A program made the position numbers and the translations under genes. A DNA stretch of 64,000 nucleotides from NCBI GenBank assembly GCA_963700145.1, contig OY969474.1:4256001-4320000 (forward strand), in the 5' to 3' direction. Each line of letters opens with the position of its first letter. The stretch's first letter is position 1. The DNA comes from an uncultured Acidobacteriota bacterium (GTDB lineage Bacteria > Acidobacteriota > Thermoanaerobaculia > Multivoradales > UBA5704). Below the pieces are notes generated by a model. That model did not search any database. It was given only the letters and a program-made list of their open reading frames with translations, and was not told where the DNA came from. Positions 31,279-40,900 of the stretch are shown here, one piece after another.

Positions 31279-32967
31279 TCAGGGACTCCGCAGCAGGAGA
31301 TACCCCTCGCTCGCGTCGGGGTCGCGGGCGACCTCGACGAGCGGCAGGGGGCCGCCGCGGAGCTTGGCGAGGTCGTCGCGCTGGGCGAGGAGCCAGACGC
31401 GGCCGGGGCGGGCGGCGAAGCGGCGGAGCGCCTCCTCGCCCTCCAGCGGCACGGCGCGGCGGCGGCTGTAGAAGAGGAAGGTCGAGTCGAGACGCGGGTA
31501 GATGCCGTAGGTCTCGCCGGGCGCGAGCTTGGCGTCGAGCACTCGGGACAGCGGGCGGGCCGACTTGACAACGTCGAAGGCGGGGACGACGAAGAGGAAC
31601 GTCCCGAGCGCCATCGCCGCGGTGCCGGCGGCGAGCGCGGCGGCGCCGTGCAGCGGCCGGCCGCGCAGCGCCAGGAGCCAGGCGGCGACGGCGCCGGCGG
31701 CGAGGAGGCCGAGCGCCGCGGTGAGCTTCCAGACCAGCGCCTCGCCGCCCAGGACCGCCACCTCGTCCGCCCGCCGCGCCGCTACCGGCGGCACCGCCGC
31801 GGCGAGCAGCACGCAGAGGGCGGCGAGCGCGCCGAGCGAGCCGGCGATCCACCGCCGGTCGCGCGGCCAGGCCGCGGCCGCCCGGTCGAGCGCCGCGCCG
31901 ACGAGAAGCGCCAGCGCCGGGTACATGGTGAGGATGTAGACGGTCCGCTTGGCGCTCGACAGGCTGAAGAAGAGGACCGTCACCACGACCCAGCACAAGG
32001 CGAAGAGGAAGGGGTGGCGCTCGCGCCGCCGCAGCCACCCTTCGCGCCAACCGACCACCAGCGCCGCGGGCAGCAGGAAGCTCCAGGGGAAGAAGTCGCC
32101 CGGCAGGACGGTCAGGTAGTAGTACCAGGGCTGGAAGTGGTGCCAGGGGTCGGCGTAGCGGGTGACGTTCTGGCGGAAGACGATCTGCTCCAGGTACTCC
32201 GGGCCGCCGGCGAGGGCCGCGGGCAGGAGCCAGGCCGCGACGACGGCGGCCCAGAGCAGCAGGCCGCGGCCTAGGCGCAGGCCGCGGAGGCCTTCCCGGC
32301 CGTGCGCCAGCGCTCGGTAGGCCAGGATCGAGAGGAGCGGCGGCAGGAGGCCGACCGGGCCCTTGGCGAGGGTGGCTAGGCCGGCGAAGACGAAGAAGAG
32401 GTAGGGAAGGGGCTCGCGCCGCCCCCCGCCCAGATCCCTCGCTCTCGCTCGGGATGACATGCCGGGGGCATCGGCGACGCCGACCGTGCTCGCATCCTCG
32501 GGGAACTCCCTTCTTACCCAGCACCAGACCGCCGCCGTCACCAGCGCCACGAGCAGCATGTCGATCTGCCCGAAGCGGCCCTGCCAGAGGACCTTGGCGC
32601 AGGTGGCGAAGGCGGCGGCGGCGAGGAAGCCGGCGCGGCGGGTGAAGAGGCGCTCGCCGAGCAGGAAGACGAGGAGCACGGCGCCGATCGCCGCCAGCGC
32701 CGACGGCAGCCGCGCCGAGGTCTCGTCGACGCCGCCGGTCAGGAGCGACGCCGCGCCGATCGCCCAGAAGAGGAGCGGCGGCTTCTGCGTGTAGACCTCG
32801 CCGTTCAGGTGCGGGACGAAGAGGTCGCCGCGCTCGAGCATCTCGCGCGCCACCACCGCGTAGCGCGCCTCGTCGGGGTTCCAGAGGTCGCGCCCGCCGA
32901 GCCCGGGCAGGAAGAGGAGGGCCGCCGCTGCGGCCAGCGCCAGGAGGTCGCGCCGCCGGCGGCTCAA
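31279..32967 (-). CDS. ArnT-like GT39/PMT-family glycosyltransferase
   Basis: LWNPDEARYAVVAREM, KPPLLFW, ARLPSALA, LAKGPVG; TTG start overlaps the upstream stop. Confidence 0.9.
   Translation of the reverse strand: MSRRRRDLLALAAAAALLFLPGLGGRDLWNPDEARYAVVAREMLERGDLFVPHLNGEVYTQKPPLLFWAIGAASLLTGGVDETSARLPSALAAIGAVLLVFLLGERLFTRRAGFLAAAAFATCAKVLWQGRFGQIDMLLVALVTAAVWCWVRREFPEDASTVGVADAPGMSSRARARDLGGGRREPLPYLFFVFAGLATLAKGPVGLLPPLLSILAYRALAHGREGLRGLRLGRGLLLWAAVVAAWLLPAALAGGPEYLEQIVFRQNVTRYADPWHHFQPWYYYLTVLPGDFFPWSFLLPAALVVGWREGWLRRRERHPFLFALCWVVVTVLFFSLSSAKRTVYILTMYPALALLVGAALDRAAAAWPRDRRWIAGSLGALAALCVLLAAAVPPVAARRADEVAVLGGEALVWKLTAALGLLAAGAVAAWLLALRGRPLHGAAALAAGTAAMALGTFLFVVPAFDVVKSARPLSRVLDAKLAPGETYGIYPRLDSTFLFYSRRRAVPLEGEEALRRFAARPGRVWLLAQRDDLAKLRGGPLPLVEVARDPDASEGYLLLRSP
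32432..32459 (-). repeat. REP-like palindromic element inside the ArnT-like CDS
   Basis: TGTCATCCCGAGCGAGAGCGAGGGATCT, in frame within an extra loop. Confidence 0.65.
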
Positions 32968-33266
32968 GCGTCGAGGGGGGCCGCGGGCGGCGCCGGCGGC
33001 CGGCCGCCGCGGTGGATGAACCAGAGGTTGCGGCTGTAGATGATGAAGCCGGTCGCCTGCCCGAGGATGAAGACCGGGTCGCGGCGGTGGATGGCGTAGC
33101 TGAGGAGGACTGCGCCCCCCGCCAGGCTCAGGTACCAGAAGGCCTTGGGGATGACGCTCGCCTTGTGCCGCTCGGAGGCGAGCCACTGGACGAAGAAGCG
33201 GCCGAAGAAGAGGGCCTGTCCGAGGAGGCCGATGACGAGCCAGACGGGGTTGAGCTCTTGTGCCAC
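32964..33266 (-). CDS. lipid A biosynthesis N-terminal domain (LAB_N) protein
   Basis: GQALFFGRFFVQWLASE, FWYLSLAGG, DPVFILGQ, YSRNL. Confidence 0.9.
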   Translation of the reverse strand: MAQELNPVWLVIGLLGQALFFGRFFVQWLASERHKASVIPKAFWYLSLAGGAVLLSYAIHRRDPVFILGQATGFIIYSRNLWFIHRGGRPPAPPAAPLDA

Positions 33267-33985
33267 GGGGTGACCTCCTCCACGTTGCCGCGGTCGATCC
33301 AGCGCGACTGCATCCAGCGCACGGCGAAGAGGTCGGCGAGGCCGCGCCAGAGCCGGTTGCCGATGCCGTACTTGGCCTCCCCGTAGCGCCGCGGCCGGTG
33401 CCGCACCGGCACCTCCTTGACCCGCGCGCCCTCCATGCGCAGGAGCGTGGGGAGGAAGCGGTGCATGCCCTTGAAAACCGGCACCCGCCGCAGGGCCTCG
33501 GTGCGGCAGGCGCGCAGGGTGCAGCCGACGTCGGTCACCCGCTCGTGGGTGAGCCGGTTGCGCACCCCGTTGGCGAGGCGCGAGGAGAGCCGGCGCACCC
33601 AGGTGTCCTGCCGCTCGGTGCGCACGCCGCAGACGACGTCGCAGCCGGCGTCGAGCTCGGCCAGCAGGCGCGGGATGTCGGCCGGGTCGTTCTGCAGGTC
33701 GGCGTCGAGGGTGACGGTGACCGGCGCCCGGGCGTGCGCGAAGCCGGCGGCGAGGGCCGCCGACTGGCCGCTGTTGCGCCCCAGCCGCAGCACCCGGATG
33801 CGCGGGTCCGCCACCGCCAGCCGCGCCAGCGCCGCCGGCGAGCCGTCGGTCGAGCCGTCGTCCACAAGCAGCAGCTCGTAGTCGGGCGCCGCCGCCATCG
33901 CCGCCGCGATCTCGGCGGCCAGGACCGGCAGGCTCTCCTCCTCGTTGTAGACCGGGACGACGATGGAGACCCGGGGCTGGCTCAT
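33128..33985 (-). CDS. GT2 polyprenol-phosphate glycosyltransferase (ArnC/DPM1-like)
   Basis: VVPVYNEEESL, VDDGSTD, LDADLQNDPADIP, MHRFLP. Confidence 0.9.
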   Translation of the reverse strand: MSQPRVSIVVPVYNEEESLPVLAAEIAAAMAAAPDYELLLVDDGSTDGSPAALARLAVADPRIRVLRLGRNSGQSAALAAGFAHARAPVTVTLDADLQNDPADIPRLLAELDAGCDVVCGVRTERQDTWVRRLSSRLANGVRNRLTHERVTDVGCTLRACRTEALRRVPVFKGMHRFLPTLLRMEGARVKEVPVRHRPRRYGEAKYGIGNRLWRGLADLFAVRWMQSRWIDRGNVEEVTPWHKSSTPSGSSSASSDRPSSSAASSSSGSPPSGTRRASSPRPSGT

Positions 33986-34080
33986 GCGCGCCGGTATCTT
34001 ACGCCGCCCCGTCGGCCCGCCTGTGCGACAATCCAAGGGGCGCGGGCCCGCGTAGGAAAACCCGCGGAGGGAATGCCGTG

Positions 34081-34611
34081 ATGGGATGGTTCACAAAAAG
34101 GTTGGCCGCCGCCGCGGCGGTGGCCGTGGTCCTGCTCGGGGCTCGGCCCGCGACCGCGCAGTCGCCGGTCGCGGTCGAGGTCAGCGGCGGCGTCCACGAG
34201 GTGCTGGGCGAAGGCGACGTCGCGGAAGCCGGGGTGGAGCTGTTGGGCGGCCCCCTCCAGCTGCCGGGCCTGCCGCGCTTCGTCCCCGACCCGGCGCCGA
34301 TCGGCGGCTTCATGGCGGCCGGCGACGGCTCCGTCTACGCCTACGGAGGCTTCCGGCTCGACTTCCCGTTGACCCGCCGCTTCACCGTCTCCCCCAACTG
34401 GGCCGTGGGCCTTTACGACAAAGGGGACGGGCGCGACCTCGGCGGGGCGCTGGAGTTCCGCTCGGCGCTCGACCTCGCGTTCCGGGTGAGCCGGCGCGCC
34501 GCCGTCGGGCTCTCCTTCTACCACCTCTCGAACGCCGGGATTTACGACCTGAATCCGGGAACCGAGTCCTTGGTCGTCACCTGGTCCTGGGTCGGCGACG
34601 CCGGGCGCTAG
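34081..34611 (+). CDS. PagL-like lipid A deacylase / acyloxyacyl hydrolase beta-barrel
   Basis: Signal peptide, DLGGALEFRS, YHLSNAG..NPGTE. Confidence 0.82.
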   Translation: MGWFTKRLAAAAAVAVVLLGARPATAQSPVAVEVSGGVHEVLGEGDVAEAGVELLGGPLQLPGLPRFVPDPAPIGGFMAAGDGSVYAYGGFRLDFPLTRRFTVSPNWAVGLYDKGDGRDLGGALEFRSALDLAFRVSRRAAVGLSFYHLSNAGIYDLNPGTESLVVTWSWVGDAGR

Positions 34612-34658
34612 GGCTCGGCCGCTTCGTGCTATCGTCCTGAGTCCGAAGGGGAAACGCG

Positions 34659-34910
34659 ATGGCGGTCGATCCGGAGCTGCTCGAGATCCTGGTCTGTCCC
34701 AAGAGCAAGGGGGAGCTGGAGCTCGTCGAGCTGCCGCAGGAGGTACGCGGGGCGCTGGTCGAGAAGTACCGCGAGCACTTCCGCGACGAGGAGCCGGTGG
34801 TCGAGTCCGGGCTCTACTGCGCGCAGTCCGCTCTGGTCTACCCGATCGTCTCCGACATCCCGATCATGCTGATCGACGAAGCGCTCCCGGCTTCCGTCCT
34901 CGGCAAGTAG
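34659..34910 (+). CDS. Trm112-like protein
   Basis: LLEILVCPKSKGEL...YPIVSDIPIMLIDEA. Confidence 0.85.
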   Translation: MAVDPELLEILVCPKSKGELELVELPQEVRGALVEKYREHFRDEEPVVESGLYCAQSALVYPIVSDIPIMLIDEALPASVLGK

Positions 34911-34941
34911 ACCGCGGCGGCGGTCCGCGCCGCGCACCCAC

Positions 34942-36219
34942 GTGAGAATGCCGGTCGAGCTCGCCCTCCCGCCGCCGGCGCCGCCCGCCGCGGGGCCGGC
35001 GCCGGTCGAGCCCGCCGCGCCCGCCGCCGGCGCGGCGCCCTCCTTCGCCGGCCGCCTCGGCTACTGGCTCTTCGCGGCGCACCTCCTCGCCGTCCCGACG
35101 CTCGCGATCTCGAACGGCTTCCTCGGCCTGGCGCTCCTGGTGGCGCCGGCCGCGGCGCGGCGGACGCGCGTCCCCTGGCGGGCGCTCCTGCCGCTGACCG
35201 TGCCGCTCGGCCTCTACCTCCTGCTCCTGCTGGCCTCGATCGCCGGCTCCTACGACGTCCGCACCAGCCTGCGGTCGACGACCGAGCTGTTCAACTTCGC
35301 GCCGCTTCTCCTGGCGCCGATCTTCGTGCGCGGCGAGCGATCGGTGCGGCGGCTGGTCGCCGGGTTCGAGATCCTCGGCGGGTTGCTCGCCGTCTGGGGG
35401 CTGGTGCAGGTCTGGATGGGGCAGGGGGACCTCGACCAGCGCATCCGCGGCCCCTTCTCCCACTGGATGACCTACGCCGGCGTGCTCCTGGTCTGCGACC
35501 TCCTGCTGCTGGCCTCGGTCACCGTGCGGCGCGGCTGGCGGAGCCCGTGGCGCTGGGCCGGGCTCGTCCTCGTCAACCTGGCGCTCCTCCAGAGCCTCAC
35601 CCGCAGCGCCTGGGTGGCGCTGGGGGTGGCGGTGACCGTCCTCCTCCTGGTGCGGGCGCCGAAGCTCCTCCTCGCCTATCCGGTCGTGGCGGCGCTCTTC
35701 ATCCTGCTGGCGCCGGTGCCTCTCCTCCACCGCATGACCTCGATCGTGGACCTCGACGACATCTCGAACTACGACCGGGTGTGCATGGCCGAGGCGGGCC
35801 TGCGCATGATCGCCGACCGGCCGCTCTTCGGCCTCGGGCCGCAGATGGTCGAGCGGCGCTACCCGATCTACCGCACGCCGACGGCGCCGCGCTACACGGT
35901 GCCGCACCTGCACAACAACCCGCTGCAGATCGCCGCCGAGCGCGGCCTGCCGGCGCTCGCCGCCGGGCTGGCGCTGATGCTCGCGAGCTTCCTCGTCGCC
36001 TTCCGCCGCTACCGCGCCGAGGGGGGGCGGCGCGGGCCGCGCGCCGACCTCTACCTCGGGGTGATGCTGGCGCTCCTCGCCTTCAACACGGCGGGTCTCT
36101 TCGAGAACAACTGGGGCGACACGGAAGTCCAGCGCGTGGTGCTCTTCGTCCTGGCGATCCCCTTCTGCCTGGCCGCCGCCGAGCGCTCCGGCAACGCCGC
36201 GCCGGCGCCGGCCGCATGA
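34942..36219 (+). CDS. O-antigen ligase family membrane protein
   Basis: Multi-TM; SLTRSAW, RPLFGLGP, HLHNNPLQIAAERG. Confidence 0.85.
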   Translation: MRMPVELALPPPAPPAAGPAPVEPAAPAAGAAPSFAGRLGYWLFAAHLLAVPTLAISNGFLGLALLVAPAAARRTRVPWRALLPLTVPLGLYLLLLLASIAGSYDVRTSLRSTTELFNFAPLLLAPIFVRGERSVRRLVAGFEILGGLLAVWGLVQVWMGQGDLDQRIRGPFSHWMTYAGVLLVCDLLLLASVTVRRGWRSPWRWAGLVLVNLALLQSLTRSAWVALGVAVTVLLLVRAPKLLLAYPVVAALFILLAPVPLLHRMTSIVDLDDISNYDRVCMAEAGLRMIADRPLFGLGPQMVERRYPIYRTPTAPRYTVPHLHNNPLQIAAERGLPALAAGLALMLASFLVAFRRYRAEGGRRGPRADLYLGVMLALLAFNTAGLFENNWGDTEVQRVVLFVLAIPFCLAAAERSGNAAPAPAA

Positions 36220-37007
36220 GCGGCACACCCGTTGCAAGCGGCGCCACCCGGGACGACTGGAGAATCAACGATTTGCGCCTCGATCAGCTGCTCGTCGAGC
36301 GGGGGCTCTTCCCGTCGCGGGAGCAGGCGCGCCGCGCGGTGATGGCCGGGGTCGTCGAGGTCGAGGGGCGGCGGGTGGACAAGCCGGGGACGGCGGTGGG
36401 GGAGGCGGCGCGGATCGACCTTCTGGCGCGCGAGCCCTTCGTCTCGCGCGCCGGCCGGAAGCTGGCGCACGCCCTCGACCGCTTCGGGGTCGATCCCGCC
36501 GGCTGGGTCTGTCTCGACGTCGGAGCGTCCACCGGCGGCTTCACCGACTGTCTCCTCCAGCGCGGCGCGGCGCGCGTCTACGCCGTGGACGTTGGCTACG
36601 GCCAGCTCGACCAGCGGCTGCGCCAGGACCCGCGGGTGGTGGTCATGGAGCGGGTCAACGCCCGCCACCTCGCCGCCGACGCCCTGCCCGAGCCGGTGCG
36701 GCTCGCCGTCTTCGACCTCTCCTTCATCTCGCTCGCCAAGGTGGTGCCGGCGGTGGTGCCGCACGTCGAGCCCGGCGGGCTCCTCCTGCCGCTCGTCAAG
36801 CCGCAGTTCGAGGCCGGGCGCGGCGCGGTGGGGAAGGGCGGCATCCTGCGCGACGAGGCGGTGCGCGCCTCGACGGTGCGCGCGACCGCCGAGGCCCTCG
36901 CGGGGCTGGGTCTCGAGCTCCTCGGCGTCGAGGACTCCGCGGTGCCCGGCGCCGGCGGCAACCGCGAGGCGTTCGCTCTCCTCAGGAAGCCCGAGGCCGC
37001 CGGGTGA
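36216..37007 (+). CDS. tlyA: TlyA-family RNA methyltransferase
   Basis: RLDQLLVERGL, FVSRAGRKL, LDVGASTGGFTD, DLSFISL, VKPQFEAG. Confidence 0.93.
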   Translation: MSGTPVASGATRDDWRINDLRLDQLLVERGLFPSREQARRAVMAGVVEVEGRRVDKPGTAVGEAARIDLLAREPFVSRAGRKLAHALDRFGVDPAGWVCLDVGASTGGFTDCLLQRGAARVYAVDVGYGQLDQRLRQDPRVVVMERVNARHLAADALPEPVRLAVFDLSFISLAKVVPAVVPHVEPGGLLLPLVKPQFEAGRGAVGKGGILRDEAVRASTVRATAEALAGLGLELLGVEDSAVPGAGGNREAFALLRKPEAAG

Positions 37008-37927
37008 GCCGCCGCCGCCGCTTCGAGAAGATCGGCGTCGTCGCCAAGGTGGCGAGCCGCGACGCGGTGCGCACCGCCCACGAGCTGGCCGAGTGGCTGC
37101 GCCGCCGCGGCCTCGAGGTGGCGCTCGACGAGGCGACGCTGCGCGCCCAGGGGGCGCCGCAGGAGGGCGCCTTCGAGCCGGGCGGCGACTACGACCTCGT
37201 CGTGGTCCTCGGCGGCGACGGCACCCTCCTCGCCACCGCCCGCACGCTCGCCGAAGGGGTGCCGATCCTCGGCGTCAACCTCGGCAGCCTCGGCTTCCTG
37301 ACCGAGATCCACCGCGCCGACCTCTACCCGACGCTCGTCCAGGTGCTCGCCGGCCGCTTCGCCACCGAGCAGCGGCGCCTCCTCGACATCGAGCTGCGCC
37401 GCGCCGCCGGCGGCAACGGCGCCTCCTACCGCGTGCTCAACGACGCGGTGATCACCAAGGGAGCGCTGGCGCGGATCATCGAGCTGTCGATCCGCGTCGA
37501 CGGCCACCTCGTGGCGCGCTACCGCTCGGACGGGCTGATCGTCTCCACACCCACCGGCTCGACCGCCTACAACCTCTCGGCCGGCGGCCCGATCCTCCAT
37601 CCCCTCCTGGCGGTGGCGGTGCTGACGCCGATCTGCCCGCACACCCTGTCGCTGCGCCCGCTCGTGGTGCCCGACGGCGCGGCGGTCGAGGTGACGCTCG
37701 AGACCCAGCGCGAGGAGGTGTACCTCACCCTCGACGGCCAGGAGGGGACCTCGCTCGGCTGCGGCGACACGGTGAAGGCGACGCGCAGCCGCTCGAAGGT
37801 GCGGCTGGTCAAGACCGGCGGCCGCACCTTCTACGACGCCCTGCGCGGCAAGCTCCGCTGGGGCGGGCTGGAGGCGGCGGAGGGGCCGGAGGGGCCGGAA
37901 GGACCGGAAGTGGCGGGCAAGCCGTGA
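37004..37927 (+). CDS. nadK: NAD kinase
   Basis: LGGDGTLL, GSLGFL, VLND, STPTGSTAYNLSAGGP. Confidence 0.95.
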   Translation: MSRRRRFEKIGVVAKVASRDAVRTAHELAEWLRRRGLEVALDEATLRAQGAPQEGAFEPGGDYDLVVVLGGDGTLLATARTLAEGVPILGVNLGSLGFLTEIHRADLYPTLVQVLAGRFATEQRRLLDIELRRAAGGNGASYRVLNDAVITKGALARIIELSIRVDGHLVARYRSDGLIVSTPTGSTAYNLSAGGPILHPLLAVAVLTPICPHTLSLRPLVVPDGAAVEVTLETQREEVYLTLDGQEGTSLGCGDTVKATRSRSKVRLVKTGGRTFYDALRGKLRWGGLEAAEGPEGPEGPEVAGKP

Positions 37928-40900
37928 GCGAGCGCGACGGGCTGCCGCCCGAGCCGCCGCCGGCGGCCGACGTGCCGCCGCCGGCGCCGGCCGCCGCCGA
38001 GCTCGGGAGCCTGCCGCCGCGCCCGGTCGGCGGCGGCCCGGGCCGCGTCCGCCGCTGGGTCATCAGGCCGGTGGTCTGGGGGCTGCTCGTCGTGGTCCTG
38101 GCGCTCACCGCCCTCCTCCTCTTCTCGCAGAGCGAGCTGGCGCACCGCCGCGCGGCGGCGCTGGTCGTGGCGCGCCTCTCCGAGACCCTCGGCCGGCAGG
38201 TGCAGGTCGGCGGCGTCGACTACGATCTCTTTCCCCTCGCCTTCGAGCTGCACGACGTGGTGGTGCCCGGCGCCCGCCCCGGCGAGCCGCCGTTCGCGGT
38301 GGTGCCGGTCATCCGCATCCAGGCCACCTGGCGCGACCTGCGCAAACGCGTCCTCGCGCTCGAGCAGATCGAGGTCCTGCGGCCGCGCGTCAACCTCGTC
38401 TTCTTCCCCGACGGCACGTCGAACGTCCCCTCGCTGCGCGGCCGCCAGGGGGGCAAGCAGCGCTTCGAGGTGCGGATCGGCCGCGTCCTGGTGCAGGACG
38501 GCCGCCTGCGCGTCGATCAGCGGGAGCTGCCGCTGGAGCTCGACGCGCGCGCCGTCTGGGGGCGGCTGACGGGGCGGGAGCCGGACATCCTCGACGGCCT
38601 GGTGACGGCGCAGCAGGTGGTCGTCACCCTCCCCGACGCCCGGCCCTACCGCTTGACCCTCTCCGCCCGCGGCAGCTTCTCGCCGGGCGTCATCCGGATC
38701 GTCGCCGGGCGCTTCTCGGCGCCGGAGGTGCGCGGCACCGTGGCCGGCACCTACGAGTGGGAGGGGACGAAGAAGACGATGGGCCTGGACCTCGAAGCCT
38801 CCGGGCTGGCGCAGCTCGCCAACGCGCTGGGGTACGCGGAGGAGCCGATCGAGGGGCCCTGGACGACGCGCGGGCGGCTGACGATGGACGGCGCGAAGTG
38901 GCGCTTCGCCGGTGCCGTCGCATCGCCGCAGATCGCGACGCTGGGGCGGGTTTTCCGCGACATCGAGGCGGACCTGACCGTCGAGCCCGGGTCGGTCGTC
39001 GCCGAGAACGCCCACGCGCACTACGCCGGCGGCACGGTGCGCGGCACCGTGCTGGTGGACACCGACGCCGAGACGCCGGAGGGCGCGGGGCAGCCGATCG
39101 AGCTGGACCTCGACCTGGCCGGCCTCGACCTCGCGAGCCTCCTCGCGGACCAGGACATGCCGCTCCCCGGCGCGGCGGCGCGGATCAGCGGGCCGTTCAC
39201 GTACCGCTTCCTCTCCGCCGACGCGCTCGCCGGCAGCGGCGCGGCCACCTTGCGGCTCGAAGGGACGGCGGGGGCGGAGCCGGCGAGCCGCCGCGTGCTG
39301 CCGATCTCCGGCACGGTCGAGCTGGCGATCGCGGACGGCGTCGTCTCGACCGAAGGCGCCCGGCTGACCGCGCCCGAGCAGGCGCTCTTCGCCAGCGGCT
39401 CCTACTCGCTGCCGGCCGGCCGCGGCCGCTTCGAGCTGCGGCTCGAGACCGGCGACCTCGGGCGTCTGGCGGTGATGGTGCCGGTCGAGGGCGAGCCGCC
39501 GGCCTGGCTCCCCACCGCCGGCCGCGGCCAGGCGGCGGGCACGCTGGAGATCGCCGACGGCGAGTTCACCCTCGCCACGACGCTCGACCTCACCGCCGTG
39601 GCGGCGCCGGCCCTCGAAGCCGACCGCCTGACCGGCACCCTGACCTACTCGCCGGAGGCGATCCGCGACCTGCGCCTCACCGCGACGCGCGGCGACGGGA
39701 GCCTGGCGGTGACCGGCACGGTCCCGCTCCCCGACGGCGGCGGCGGCGGGCGGCCGCTGGTGCTGGCGGTGCAGGCCAACTCCTGGCCGCTGGCGGGCGC
39801 CGCCGACCTCTTCCCCGGCCTGCCGCCCGTCACCGGCACCGCCACCGGCCAGGTCGATCTGCGCGGCACCGTCGACGACCTCGGCGGCGAGGCGGTGCTG
39901 GCGCTCGCCGACTTGACACTTTCGGGGCACGAGCTGGGGGAGGCGCAGGTGGACGTCGTCTTCTCCGGGCCGGTCGTCACCCTGCGGCGGGCGCAGGTCT
40001 TCGCCCCGGCGGGGGAGCTCCTGGCGAGCGGCCGCATCGACCGCCGGACCGGCGAGCTGACCTTCACCGCCGACGCGCCGGCGCTCGACCTCGAAAAGCA
40101 ACCGCTGCGCGGGCTCCTCACCGGCGAGATGTCCGGCATCGTCACGCTGCGCGCCGCCGCCGGCGGCACGCTGGAAGAGCCGAACGGGCGCCTCTCGCTC
40201 ACCGGCACCGACCTGCGCGTCGGCGGGCGGTCGCTGCCGGAAGGGAGCACGACGCAGCTCTCGGCGGTCTGGGACGGCCGCCAGCTCACCGCCGAAGGGT
40301 CGCTCGCCGGGCTCCTCACGCTCAACGGCGGCGGCCGGCTCGACCGCCGCGGCGCCGAGCTGGTCTTCGCCGTCCAGAGCCACGACCTCGGCACGATCGC
40401 CCGCATCGCCTCGCCGCGGCCGCTGCCGGAGTTCAGCGGCCGGCTGGTGGGGGAGCTGCGCGTGGCCGGGGAGTTCACCGAAGGCGGCAACCTCCAGGCG
40501 CGCCTGACGGTCCCGGAGCTCGCCCTCGCCTACCAGGACCAGACCCTCGCCAACGTCGAGCCGGTGGTCTTGACCTGGACGCCCGAGGCGCTGCGCGTCG
40601 AGTCCCTCTACCTGCGCGAGCCGCAGACCGAGAGCGACCTCTTCCTGACCGGCACGATCGGCCTGGGGGCCACACCCAACCCGCTCGACCTGCGCCTGCA
40701 GAGCACGGTCTCGGCGCGCTGGGCGGAGGTGGTCCTGCCCGGCGTCCAGATGTCGGGCTACCTCGACCTCCTCGCCTCGGTGCGCGGCACGACCGACGAC
40801 CCCGCCCTCGACGGCGTGGGCGAGCTGCGGCAGGCGCGGCTCATCCTGCCCAACTTCCCGCACGCCTTCGAGGAGCTGACCGGCACTGTCCTCCTCTACC

